A DNA stretch of 61,080 nucleotides, counting the filler, from Fonticula-like sp. SCN 57-25 (Eukaryota), in assembly GCA_001724245.1 (NCBI GenBank). It is 7 parts of 7 records of this genome, joined end to end, with 100 filler letters (N's around TTAATTAATTAA, not from the genome) between each part and the next. Parts side by side here need not be neighbours in the genome. Positions count along the whole stretch, not along the records: positions 1 to 7,063 come from MEDX01000398.1; positions 7,164 to 16,886 come from MEDX01000399.1; 5 more parts are not named here. One strand, given 5' to 3'. Made by a program: the position numbers and the translations under genes. Of the stretch, positions 1 to 10,100 are shown piece by piece; positions within the stretch are counted from its first letter, which is position 1; each line of letters begins with the position of its first letter. Below the pieces are notes generated by a model. That model worked only from the letters and a program-made list of their open reading frames with translations. It searched no databases and was not told the DNA's origin.

Positions 1-13
1 AATCACGTGACTC

Positions 14-1275
14 TTAGTCTCTGTTCCTGACGAGTGGCGCGATTGCGACGGCGATAAAGATGAGAAAGCCGACCCACGAGAGCGCCATCTTGACCCACAT
101 CGTGGCCTCACCCTGATCGGGCGCGATCAGCTCCCGCCCATCTTCGCCTTCCCACCACACAGTCAGCAAATTCCAGTCGCTGCTGATCATCCCGAGGTAA
201 AGTGCGCCGGATGCCATCAGCTGATGAAACTTTGTAAAGCTGTACGGCTCTTCACCTTGTGATGGCGATGATGCCGATCGTGATGATCCGGTCGTGTCAA
301 TGTCGGATGCGCTCATGACGAGCGGCGTCGCTTCCTCGCTCGAGTCGCCCTGGCTGAACGCAATGTTCCACAGGGCGATCAGCAGGAATCCCCCGCTCAC
401 CACACGCACGGCAATCTCCATCGCATTCTGCGTCTCCCAAATAGGAAAATCGCATGCGATTTCTGAGCCATCATCTTGGGGCGCGGCGATGATGGCGCTC
501 CACATGAGGAAGGAGACAAAGGCGCCGATGAGCGCCGCGTGAAAGAGGCCGAGCTGCGGCCGGCCTTGCTGCACGCGCGGCGACAGCGAGATCACGATGA
601 GCATCACGACGAGCCCGACAGTGACGCCCGCGAACGCGAGATTGCGCGCGCATCCCCCGTACATCACAAAGATGAGCGCGATCATGGCGGCGCAGAGCGA
701 AAAGAAGAGGAAAGAGGCGAGCAGCAGCAGCGCAAAGGCGGCGCGATCGCCGTCATCGCTGATGCGCTGCTGGTAAGGCGCGACAAACAGATCCGCAAAC
801 TCAAAGAGGAGCGCGACCTGTGCGAGCGAAAATGCCGCCGCGCCCGAAAGGGAGATCGTGCTAAAGGCGCCGAAAAAGGTGTTGGGGATGAACCAGCAGG
901 CAAAGAAGAGCGCGATGACGAGCAGCATCTTGACGGGCCATTTTGATACATGGAGACCGCCGCGGGGATGGCGGCTGTCGGTGGCGCCGACCGTGAGGAT
1001 GGCGAGGATGGCGTGGTAGAGAAAGAGGGAGAGGGAGAGCTTGAAGACGGAGAGGAGGCCGTAGGTGATGCAGGTGGACGAGGGATCGCACAGCCACACT
1101 TCATCAAGCGTCACCGATGCTAGGAATGGCTGAAGTGATGGACTGAAAAGATCAGATTAGAAACAAAGATGACAAATAAAATGTAACTATCGTACATGCG
1201 GGCGACGCCGCAGAGAATGGCAAAGAGGATGTAGCCGAGGCAGTAAAAGAGACGCGTGCGCGTCGAGAGGAGCAT
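14..1275 (-). CDS. SERINC: Serine incorporator (SERINC/Tms1) family multi-pass membrane protein, 2 exons
   Basis: Exon 1 MLLSTRTRLFYCLGYILF from ATG 1275, GT-AG intron 1195-1143, then the long ORF. Family-like segments SRHPRGGLHVSKWPVK, QVALLFEFA, YSFTKFHQLMASGALY..MISSDW, MWVKMALSW; many hydrophobic helices. Confidence 0.85.
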
Positions 1276-1354
1276 GACGGGGGATGCCCGCAGGCCAGCA
1301 AAACACTGTGGTCACGTGATCTGTGTTCAAACCCGTTATCGATTGAACGTAAAC

Positions 1355-2290
1355 GGGTTGTGCGTTCGAGTCCCTCGAACACACGGGCACCTTTGTTGGG
1401 CTGGCTATCAGGGCTCGGATCCACGAGTCCGGCTGTCGGACCTGCATTCAAACCTCCATATATTCTACACTCCTCTATCCATACATAATTACTACAAAAC
1501 AAATACTCTGCTATCTATTTCACAATAAAACATAACTGGCCAGCTCCGCCAATCTTGCCTCCTCCGCCAACCGCATCTCGAAAGGTCTGTGCTGATCTTG
1601 ATGTGCATCAAGCGCAGGCGAAAGTAAGAAAGAGGTCGGAGCGCTTCCGCATGCGAGCTATGGCCATAAACGCCAGCGCAGGGGTCCGTTTAGGGTTCAG
1701 GTAAATGACGACCACGTCAAGCGTCTTCCGTGGATGGTGACCCCCCAGTCCCCCACCAGCATCAGCGAAACTTTCCGCACGTGGAAACACCACCTTCAGG
1801 ACCCGCTCTTCACCCTCTGCGCTTCCTCTACGCTCGAGATTGTCAGACAGTGTGGTTCAGGTAAATGCCACATGACCATTTACAGACTACTTATTCTACA
1901 GTAGCGTGGCGCGCGCGCTGCGCGCGCATGCCCGCGCGTGAAATGGTGAAGTGGCAATTCTGCCTGACGACGCCAGTCGCGCTGCAAACAGTTTTAATGA
2001 TCGCTGAAATGTACGCGTGTGCGGGAATATGGTAATTTAATATATGAATTACCTGGACAGAAGGTGGGGTACGGATGGCGACGATCGATGCGTGTTCACC
2101 CACCGTGCCGCCCAGCGGCCCGGGCCTACATCCGATTCAACGGCGCGCGCTGCCGCTCTCGCAACTTTGTAAGAATTGTGTCGTGCAAGCATGCCAGCCG
2201 CCCCATATGTGGTGCTCATTCATATACACCAATGCCGCTTATGCCGTCAGTCGATCGTGCCCACCCTGATCCCTGATAGCCACAACAATA
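1355..2290 (-). mobile_element. Putative non-autonomous Helentron/Helitron2-like element (internal-deletion derivative)
   Basis: 12-bp perfect inverted repeats tggctatcaggg (1402-1413) and ccctgatagcca (2271-2282). An 11-bp stem-loop at 1360-1384 lies just outside one repeat, and a decayed Pif1-family helicase 3' end points toward it. Ends are approximate. Confidence 0.55.
1520..1850 (-). pseudogene. Frameshifted C-terminal fragment of a Pif1-family (SF1B) helicase
   Basis: Reads RKVSLMLVGDWGVTIH / (G)KTLDVVVIYLNPKRTPALAFMAIARMRKRSDLFL / EMRLAEEARLAELAS across frameshifts. This resembles Pif1 motifs V-VI (PLxLAWAxTIHKSQGxTLD..VIxL..LAYVAxSR). Confidence 0.65.
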
Positions 2291-2444
2291 TGATTCCATA
2301 CGAAATCCACCGCGGTCAATCTACAATAAAGAACCATGTAGGCTGAGTGGCGCCAGGCATTGTTGTGTACGGCGACGACCCATTTGTGCGCGGTGCTCGT
2401 TGGTGCTAGATCGGCGTCAGGGTAGGGTTCTCAGCGCAGGTTTG

Positions 2445-2621
2445 GCGTCTTCTGGTGTCCCTGCGTCTGTCCTGCGTTTCCCTGGCGTTTCCTGGGCGTT
2501 TCCCGCTGGTTTCCCGCGTTTTCGAGAATCGCATCGATTGACAAAAACTGTCATGACGCACATGACCAATCCGTTGGCCAATCATCATTGGCCAATCTCC
2601 ACCAATCATGAGCAACCCAAT
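2445..2621 (+). promoter_or_regulatory. Repetitive promoter-like block: 11-bp-period GCGTTTCC units, then a CCAAT-box cluster
   Basis: GCGTTTCC at 2474, 2485, 2496 with degenerate flanking copies. CCAAT at 2566, 2578, 2592, 2602, 2617 and ATTGG at 2587. Lies about 80 bp upstream of ATG 2704. Confidence 0.5.
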
Positions 2622-2703
2622 GTCAACTCATGAGTTGACGTGTCCGTTATCGTTTGCCCATTTCGAATTTTTCCGAGACTCGCGCGCGACTCGACCTGCG
2701 AAG

Positions 2704-4689
2704 ATGGCTGAACCGCTGGATGCGCAGTTTGATACCTTGGGTCTCAATGACCCTTCGCCCCCGAGAGTGAGCACTGCCAGCGGTAACGAGGCAGACATCA
2801 TTGCGCAGTTGTGGGAGAGAGTGAGAGTGTCAGAGGAGCAGGCGAAGACTGAGAGGGAGGGGCGTCTGGCTGATAAACTGGCTGCCGAGGAAAAGGTGAA
2901 GAAAGAGGCGGAAGCGCGACAGGCTGCCGAGGAAAAGGCGAAGAACGAGGCGGAAGCGCGACAGGCGGCAGAGGAAGCGCGACAGGTTGCAGTGGAGAAG
3001 TTGGAGAAAGAACTAGCGAAGTATCCTGTTTTGATGGAAGCCGGCTTTCCCAAGCTCGGAGACCATGCTCGACCGGCTCAAACGCGCGAGTCTGATGCCA
3101 ACTTGAAAATGAAGCCTGGAATCTTAGGGGAGTGCTCATTTGAGAACTTTGAAAATCGCTTTCAACAAACTACTGAATTCAAGTCGACATCCGCCAGCGC
3201 TCCTGTCGATGGCGAAAGTACCTTGCAAGGATTGGTCACCTCGCTCATAAAAGAGCTGCTGGGAATCATGAAACTTTCGCAGTTCACGACATTGAGCGAG
3301 CCGACACTATCGCTTTTAACGCCCCCAAGCGCCTCACTAGCGGGAGTCGGAAGTGGCAAAACTACAGGATCCGGTTTGGGCAGGCGGGTGGCTCCAGACG
3401 CAACTGTGGTTACCATCAACGGCAAGCCGATAGTCTGTGTGGAGGTTAAATTGCCGCCTGCGGACAATTCTGATGGAGAAGCATTGCAGGCGAGCCACTT
3501 GCGGATTCAGGCGCGCGACTACATGGAGGCCGTCTACCTGGCGTCCGGCGTGAAGGCGCAGTTTGCTGTTATGACAAACTACAAGTACGTGGCATTCCTT
3601 TGGACGGAGGAGGCAAATGAGCTTGCGCAGGCCACCCTTGACATTACGAGTGAGCGGCTGCAAAGCTGGGCGACTGCTGCTGCGCGCTTTCATCCAGAGC
3701 CCTTCCTGAACGTGCACCCTAGCATCAGTACGTCTTCTTTGGCCAAGGGTGCTACCTCTTCTGCAAAGAAAGCGAATGGAGGCACGCCCGTAGAACCAGA
3801 GAGCGGGGTCGAATTTTTTTCGCAAGAGGAAGAGAAGAAGCGGTTTGACTTGGGGAACATGTATGCGTCAGAGTCATATCGCACGGAGGAGGACCCCAAA
3901 GGGGTGAGGATGCTATGCTCGGTGCTGATTAAGGCGATTATTGGCTTCATCTCACCGTACGTCCAGTTCAAGGACGTTGTCAATTATGACCTTGCGACCG
4001 TAGATGGTGTGCCCGTAGATGATGTGCCCGTCTCGGCTCCCCGTGTTTTGTCGAATTTTTCGATAAAACGAGCATTTTTGCAGTTATCCTCGTCGTACCG
4101 TCCATGTATGACACGACAGGAGTACCCCACACAGTTTGACTATGCCCAAATAGTCGATGCACAGACATCCAACTTTGTTGCGTTTTGGTACTTTCACGCG
4201 GGCGCTGACGGACGAACTGTGCTGGCATTCCACAAATCTAGTGTGGGCGTTTTCAAGTTTTGTGTGTTGAAGATACCTTACAAGGTCGGGGACAGTGCCG
4301 ATAACATGGCCAAGGTGGAGGTGGAGCGCTGGAATCGTCTGTACAGCGACGTCTGGCCGAGACAGGACCCAGCGTTTGTGGTGTCGCTGAAAATTCTGGA
4401 AGGTACCACGGTCAGCTGTGCTGCCTTGCCGTATGTCGGCCCTGTGGACAAAAATATGCGCAGCAAGCCCGAGTTCCAGGCGGCCCTCGATAAGGCCATT
4501 GAAAATACTGCACACAAAGGCTTGCTTCACCAAGACCTTCATTGGCGCCATGTCGGGCTTGTTTTCCGCGACGGTGTGATGCGTGTCATCCTCTTTGATT
4601 TGTCGCGAATGGAGGAGTTTGACGCGAACGACACGGACAAGGTTGAAAGCGCTGTGAAGAATATGCGCGATCAGTTGGGATTGGAGTAA
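2704..4689 (+). CDS. Coiled-coil + PD-(D/E)xK (REase-fold) domain + atypical protein kinase; Crinkler/CR-effector-like, intronless
   Basis: Uninterrupted ORF (ATG 2608 or 2704). Nuclease-fold motifs E(STLQ)...APD...VCVEVK...QARDYM. Kinase motifs AGADG, CVLK, EVERW, HQDLHWRHVG, ILFDLS. Confidence 0.75.
   Translation: MAEPLDAQFDTLGLNDPSPPRVSTASGNEADIIAQLWERVRVSEEQAKTEREGRLADKLAAEEKVKKEAEARQAAEEKAKNEAEARQAAEEARQVAVEKLEKELAKYPVLMEAGFPKLGDHARPAQTRESDANLKMKPGILGECSFENFENRFQQTTEFKSTSASAPVDGESTLQGLVTSLIKELLGIMKLSQFTTLSEPTLSLLTPPSASLAGVGSGKTTGSGLGRRVAPDATVVTINGKPIVCVEVKLPPADNSDGEALQASHLRIQARDYMEAVYLASGVKAQFAVMTNYKYVAFLWTEEANELAQATLDITSERLQSWATAAARFHPEPFLNVHPSISTSSLAKGATSSAKKANGGTPVEPESGVEFFSQEEEKKRFDLGNMYASESYRTEEDPKGVRMLCSVLIKAIIGFISPYVQFKDVVNYDLATVDGVPVDDVPVSAPRVLSNFSIKRAFLQLSSSYRPCMTRQEYPTQFDYAQIVDAQTSNFVAFWYFHAGADGRTVLAFHKSSVGVFKFCVLKIPYKVGDSADNMAKVEVERWNRLYSDVWPRQDPAFVVSLKILEGTTVSCAALPYVGPVDKNMRSKPEFQAALDKAIENTAHKGLLHQDLHWRHVGLVFRDGVMRVILFDLSRMEEFDANDTDKVESAVKNMRDQLGLE
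2881..2985 (+). repeat. In-frame tandem repeat (2 x 42 bp plus a 21-bp partial) encoding AAEEKxKxEAEARQ coiled coil
   Basis: gctgccgaggaaaagg(t/c)gaagaa(a/c)gaggcggaagcgcgacag occurs twice, followed by gcggcagaggaagcgcgacag. Confidence 0.9.
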
Positions 4690-4859
4690 AGTACATTGAC
4701 AATGAAACCTAGTAGGGATCGTGCCAGATACCCGCATTTATTGATAGTATTATGAGAGTGACAATAATGAATAAAACCTGTATCCATAGCGCTTGACCGA
4801 TTTTTTATTATGAGAACAACACGAGAAGGGTGCTACCTTGAGGTCAGGAAAAATCTAAA

Positions 4860-5700
4860 AGAAATGTACTGTACGTCGTTGTAATACAAGCATATTATTG
4901 TACTATGGTATACTATAGTACCACAAGTGGCAGTAGTATACTGTATAGTATGTCATAGTATATGACATTGTCCACATGGCATATGGTCCATACCACTTTT
5001 CCTTATCATCATAGTACCTACTGTATACATATGATATGATATTATCATATTATCATATCATATCATATAAATATCATAACTGTATTGATGATGTGAAAGA
5101 AAAGGTCCGAATACAAAACACCCTCGCGGGCAGGCGACACGCACGGCATAAATGTCTAGTGCAATAGTAGTACTAATAATAGTGTAACAGTAGGTAGATA
5201 CAAAAGGCACAGTCACGGTATTGTCACGTGATATTTTACGTGATTATATGGGGGTAGGATGGCATTGGGTCGCCGACGCCGCCGCTGGAACGCTGACGCT
5301 TTGGTGGCTAAAAAGAAAAGTAATAGAAGGTAATAGAAGGTGATAGAAGGAAAAGGAAAGAAAAGGTCAGTAATATGAACAATATGAGCAGCAGTAACTT
5401 GTACCGTATGGTCGTCACGTGATTTTAATAAGGGGCCGGGGGAGATGATGCCCGTGCTCGGTCGCTTGGCAAGGCGCGCCTCTGATATGGTCACGTGAGC
5501 ATTAACAGTATACGTGATAATGAGGAATATGAGACCACGTGGGAAATATTTAGAACAAGAGACACTTCTCATACTACCTCATGATCACGCCCGAACACTA
5601 TAGCGATCTACACTAAAGTCATCTATAATGCACTCTACACTGAACTACACTACACTACATTGTACTATACTCTACTACACTATACATCACTAAACTGCAC
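4860..5700. repeat. AT-rich low-complexity tract with degenerate (ATATC)n, tagta/tacta and (TACAC)n microsatellite-like runs
   Basis: atgatatgatattatcatattatcatatcatatcat at about 5031-5066 and ctacactacactaca at about 5645-5660. Composition is far more AT-rich than the genic DNA. Confidence 0.75.
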
Positions 5701-6826
5701 ATTGTACCATCACTCGGTCATGATCACCCCCACCATCATCCCCAACCAACATCCCCCACCTATCCCTCAACCTTTCCACCCCTAACGTACCTGGCGATGA
5801 GCATGGCGTCGGTGCAATTCTCGTCCCAAATGCATCCACGTGGCCGACTTCCTCCTGGTCGCATGCCGTGTACCGACCCTCCCACGTGGACACCTCTGCC
5901 TCGTCAATGTCGTCCAGGCGCGGGATCCCGGCAAAGTCCATGCTCGCCGATCGCCGATGGCAAAAGCACGCGCACGCTGACGTGGGCGGTGGTGAGGCGC
6001 CGTCCGTTGCGCAGCAGGAACACTGTGCGAAAGAGAAAAGCTGTGAGAAGGCGGTGGGGAGCGATGACGGGGGGAAAAGTTTCGCAGGGGGGCGTACGAA
6101 AGGGGATCGAGGCCGAGATGTTGATGGCCGGTGCAGGTGGTGCGCCCAGGTGTCCGCGTTGGCAGCGAGCGACAGCCGCAGCTCTTAACAAAGAAAGTGA
6201 GCGCGCAGCACAGGCGGGGCGGCGGTTCGCGAGGCGTACCGGCATCAGCCGACCACACGGATGCTGACGTCGTTGGCGCCACGCTCGATACCGACATTCT
6301 GATCTCTATAAAATCGCTTCGTCTCTAGCTCGCGCGCGCGCACGCTTGCTCGTCACCTTTTCTCTTCTTTTCCTCCTTCTCTCTTGCTCGCGCTCGCGCT
6401 GTCTCTCGCTCACTTCGCCGCGGTGATCGCCCTTTGCACGGCCCCTCTTTCCCTCGGCCGTCACCGTTCGCACACCGTGGTCGGCGGGCCCAAGTGAACT
6501 TGGCTCACTATGTCACTTTGTATCATATGGCGGTTAATGGCATTTAGCTAGATCACGTGACCGATTTGGGGTGCTGACGTCATCGGCGAGCGACGTCATC
6601 CGTGACGTCATCGCGTTTGGCAGCACGCTGTGGCGGCGGGACAATCCGGTGGGGACGCTTCTCGGTGCTTCGACGCCCGCTTGGTCATCAGTGCCGCTGC
6701 GTAGAGGCGACAGGACTTGCTGTGCTTGATCTTTCACGTGCGCTGAGCAGCACTCGCCGGCGGCATTTCTAACGTGAATCTTTGCAGAAGCGCCGTTTTC
6801 CCTTTTCTTTCGTTGTTGTTCTTACC

Positions 6827-7063
6827 ATGGGTGATGCCATGGTGGACCAGTACGTGATCCCCCTCATCTTTCCGCTCTTTCCCTTTTTATACACCGTTGA
6901 CTGACGCGGTGTCCGCTCGCCAGGTGCATTGCACTGCTGCGGGATCTCAAGACCGTCCCCGAGAAGGATGTCAAGGAGCTCTGCAACCGCGCCCGCGAGA
7001 TCCTGATCGAGGAGAGCAACGTCCAGATTGTCGATCCCCCGGTCGTCGTGCGTCTTTCTCTCT
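6827..7063 (+). CDS. PPP4C: PP2A-family Ser/Thr phosphatase catalytic subunit, most like PP4; 5' part only
   Basis: Spliced reading MGDAMVDQ|CIALLRDLKTVPEKDVKELCNRAREILIEESNVQIVDPPVV. GT donors at 6850 and 7048; truncated by the contig end. Confidence 0.7.
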
Positions 7064-7163
7064 NNNNNNNNNNNNNNNNNNNNNNNNNNNNNNNNNNNNN
7101 NNNNNNNTTAATTAATTAANNNNNNNNNNNNNNNNNNNNNNNNNNNNNNNNNNNNNNNNNNNN
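7064..7163. other. Artificial contig linker
   Basis: N-run with central TTAATTAATTAA, 100 bp. Confidence 0.98.
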
Positions 7164-10100
7164 ACTCACCGTGTTGTAGGCCATTTTCCTGTCGGAAACG
7201 GGCAAGAACGCCATCACGCGCGACTTTGGTGCGACCGTGTCGCCGCTCGGGTCAAAGTCCATGATTCCCTTTGCGCGGCCGCTCGCCTTCAAGCGCACCA
7301 ACGCCAAAAAGTTCCTCTTCAAGGCCGAGGAGTGCGTCTCGCACATCTGCTCTACCACGCTCTACCAGACGGAGGATTCCGGCGCCACGTTCAAGGCCAT
7401 CAACACGTACGTGTACGATTGCTTCTACGCCGATTCGCAGCAGCTCGTCATCCGGGACCGGTCTGCGATCTACTGCACCGTGTCAAAGTCCAAGCGGGGC
7501 GACATTTACGAGCTGAGCGACTTTGGCCTCATGTACTCGAGCGACGACTTTGCCACTGCCAAGGAGGCGCTCAAGGATAGCATGTTTGCGATGGCCACCG
7601 GCCAATACGCCGTCGCGGTCTCGGTTCGTACCAGGCGCTTTGATATTAGTGGCTTACTGATGCGTCCCAGAACGGAGGCAAGTTTTTCGTCAGCGAGGAT
7701 GGCGAGATGTTTGCAGAGGCGCAGCTCCCCGAGGAGGCATCGTTTATCCCGAGCGTACGGATGCATTTTTGCGTAACTAGTCGTTTGCTAAAGCAGAGTA
7801 GTCTGTTTCGGTGCACGCGACGTCGACTTCGACTGTCCTGTTCATCAGCATGGAGACATTTGTGCGCCAATCGGGCGACCAGGGCTTTGGCGTGCTCCTC
7901 AAGTCAAACGGCAACGGCACCATCTTTGCCGCCTCGCTGCCCATGCTCGACTTTATCGGCTACGATGCGCAGACGTCGCGCATCGAGTCGCTCGAGGGCC
8001 ACCTTATCAGCAACAAGATTGTCAACAAGCAAGAGTTCCTTACCACGGGCGAAAAGAAGATTCAGACTGTGTTTTCCTTTGACGACGGAGCCCGCTGGCG
8101 CCCGCTCATCGCGCCCGAGGCGGACTCGCGCGGCAAGCCGTACCCCTGCGGCGCCAAGACGTGCTCGCTCCACCTTCACTCGGAGCTCACGCGCGCGGCT
8201 GACGCGTACGCACGCTTGCTTAAAACGCGGGGTAAACTAATGCGTGTGGCGTAGGAACGGCTTTTCGGCGGAAACCGCTGTCGGCGTCTTCATGGCCAAC
8301 GGTAATGTCGGCGAGCACCTGTCGGACTACGCTTCGTCGAGTACTTTTTTGACCACGGACGGTGGCATTTCGTGGTCCGAAGTCCGTAGCGGCCCGCACC
8401 GCTTTGAGATTGGCGACCGCGGCGCCATTCTCATGACTGTCAACGACAAGGATGCGACGACGCACGTGAGGTACGCGACGCGCTTTTTGAAATTTCCCCG
8501 GTCTGACTGTGCGCAGATATTCGTTTGACAATGGCAAGAACTGGTACGAGCACAAGTTCTCCGAGACGCCGGTCAAGGTCAAGTGGCTCACCACCGTGCC
8601 CGACTCGACGACGCGCAAGTTTTTGCTCTTTGGCAAGGCTGACGACGAGTACGTGGCTGTCCAGATCGACCTCACGCGTCTCGATGCGCCTCAGTGTACG
8701 CACGCATGCTTTATTACCTTTTTTATTAATGCTTGTGCAGGCACGGCCGACGATTTCGAGTACTGGGTCCCGCCGGCCACCGATGACCAGTGCATTCTCG
8801 GCCATGAAGTGCGCCTTTCTTTCAACCCCGCTTTTTCCTAATGATCCGCAGGTTGCGTACCACCGCCGGAAGGCAGCGTCGTCGTGCATCATCGACGAGC
8901 CGTTTACCGACGTTCGCACAAAGGTGGAGCACTGCGAGTGCACGGCCAACGACTTTGAATGGTGCGCGGTGACCACTTGTCATTTGCGCTGACATGTCGC
9001 AGCGATTTCGGCTTTGAGTGGGACCTTTTTGGCGACGCGTGCGTTCCTGCCGAAGGCTACGTTCCGTACTGCGAACCGGGCACCGTCTATTACGCGCCCT
9101 CGGGCTACCGCATGATTGCCGGCGACACGTGCGAGGGCGGCCTCGAGCTCGACAAGCCTGTCCTTAAAGAGTGTGACCTCGGCGGCGGCTCGGACCCGAA
9201 CCCGACGGTCCCGCCTGGCCAGGTCGGCGTCTCCAAGGTACGCGCATCCATTTTATCTACGTTTGCTGACACTCCACAGACGGTTTTTGATTCTCCTGTG
9301 GTTTCGCGCGTCGAGTTTGACAACTCGAATGTGCTTGTGTGGCTGCTCAAGAATGGCGACGTGATGCGCAGCGACACGCAGGGCATCATGTGGCACAAGT
9401 GCGAGATTGGCGGCTACAGCGCTGACGGCAAGGTTATGTTTGCGGTGCCGAACCGCATCGGCGCGCTCTTACGTCCCGCTGGACGTTGACATCAAGACGC
9501 GCGCCCCCGAGGCGAGCTTCCTCGTCCACCCCAAGGACGAGTCTCAGTGGCTCTTTTCCGGCTCGAGCTGTACCGGCAGCCGCTGCCGCACCGACGTCTA
9601 CTACACCGCCAACAAGGGCGGCACGTGGCGCTCGCTCGCAGAAAACGCGCCCAGCTGCGTGTGGACGGCGGTCGCCATCCCGTCGGCCACGGCGGACACG
9701 ATCCACTGCGTCGTCGACGGCTCTCTGCAGCGGTACACCGGGTCGCGCCTGGCGGAAACCATCATGGACAAGGCCTTGGCTATCGTGCCGGGCGACGGCT
9801 ACGTGGNCAGTCAACGGGCGACGAGGCGTCCGACTTTTTCCTGTCGTCCGACGGGCGCAAGTTCATGGATGCCGAGCTTCCCAAGGATGTTTCCATCGAC
9901 AACAAGGTGCGCTAGCCGATGGCCGACTTTATATAGATTATTCCTAACACACCCAAAGTACTACGTGTTCCCGCGGTCGACCACCGGGTCCATCTTTTTG
10001 AGCGTTCTCGCAAAGCCGAGCTACAATGTGGGCACGCTCCTGTCGGCGTACTCGCGCGGCGATCACTATTACTTTTCAAAGTCGCTCGCCAACACGCACC

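Noticed and set aside
1322-1384. tRNA gene suggested by GTTCGAGTCCC and a tgtgttc/gaacaca outer stem
   Set aside because: Only about 62 nt, with no D-arm and a T-stem that does not pair; better explained as the transposon-end hairpin.
4694-4713. Canonical Helitron 3' end (small hairpin, then CTAG-T) right after the nuclease-kinase stop
   Set aside because: The stem is only 5 bp and AT-rich, and the spacing is short; chance occurrence is likely.
9440-9815. Two frame breaks in VPS10 as programmed frameshifts or pseudogenisation
   Set aside because: One coincides with an ambiguous base (n at 9807) and both look like missing sequence in an otherwise intact gene; assembly error is more likely.
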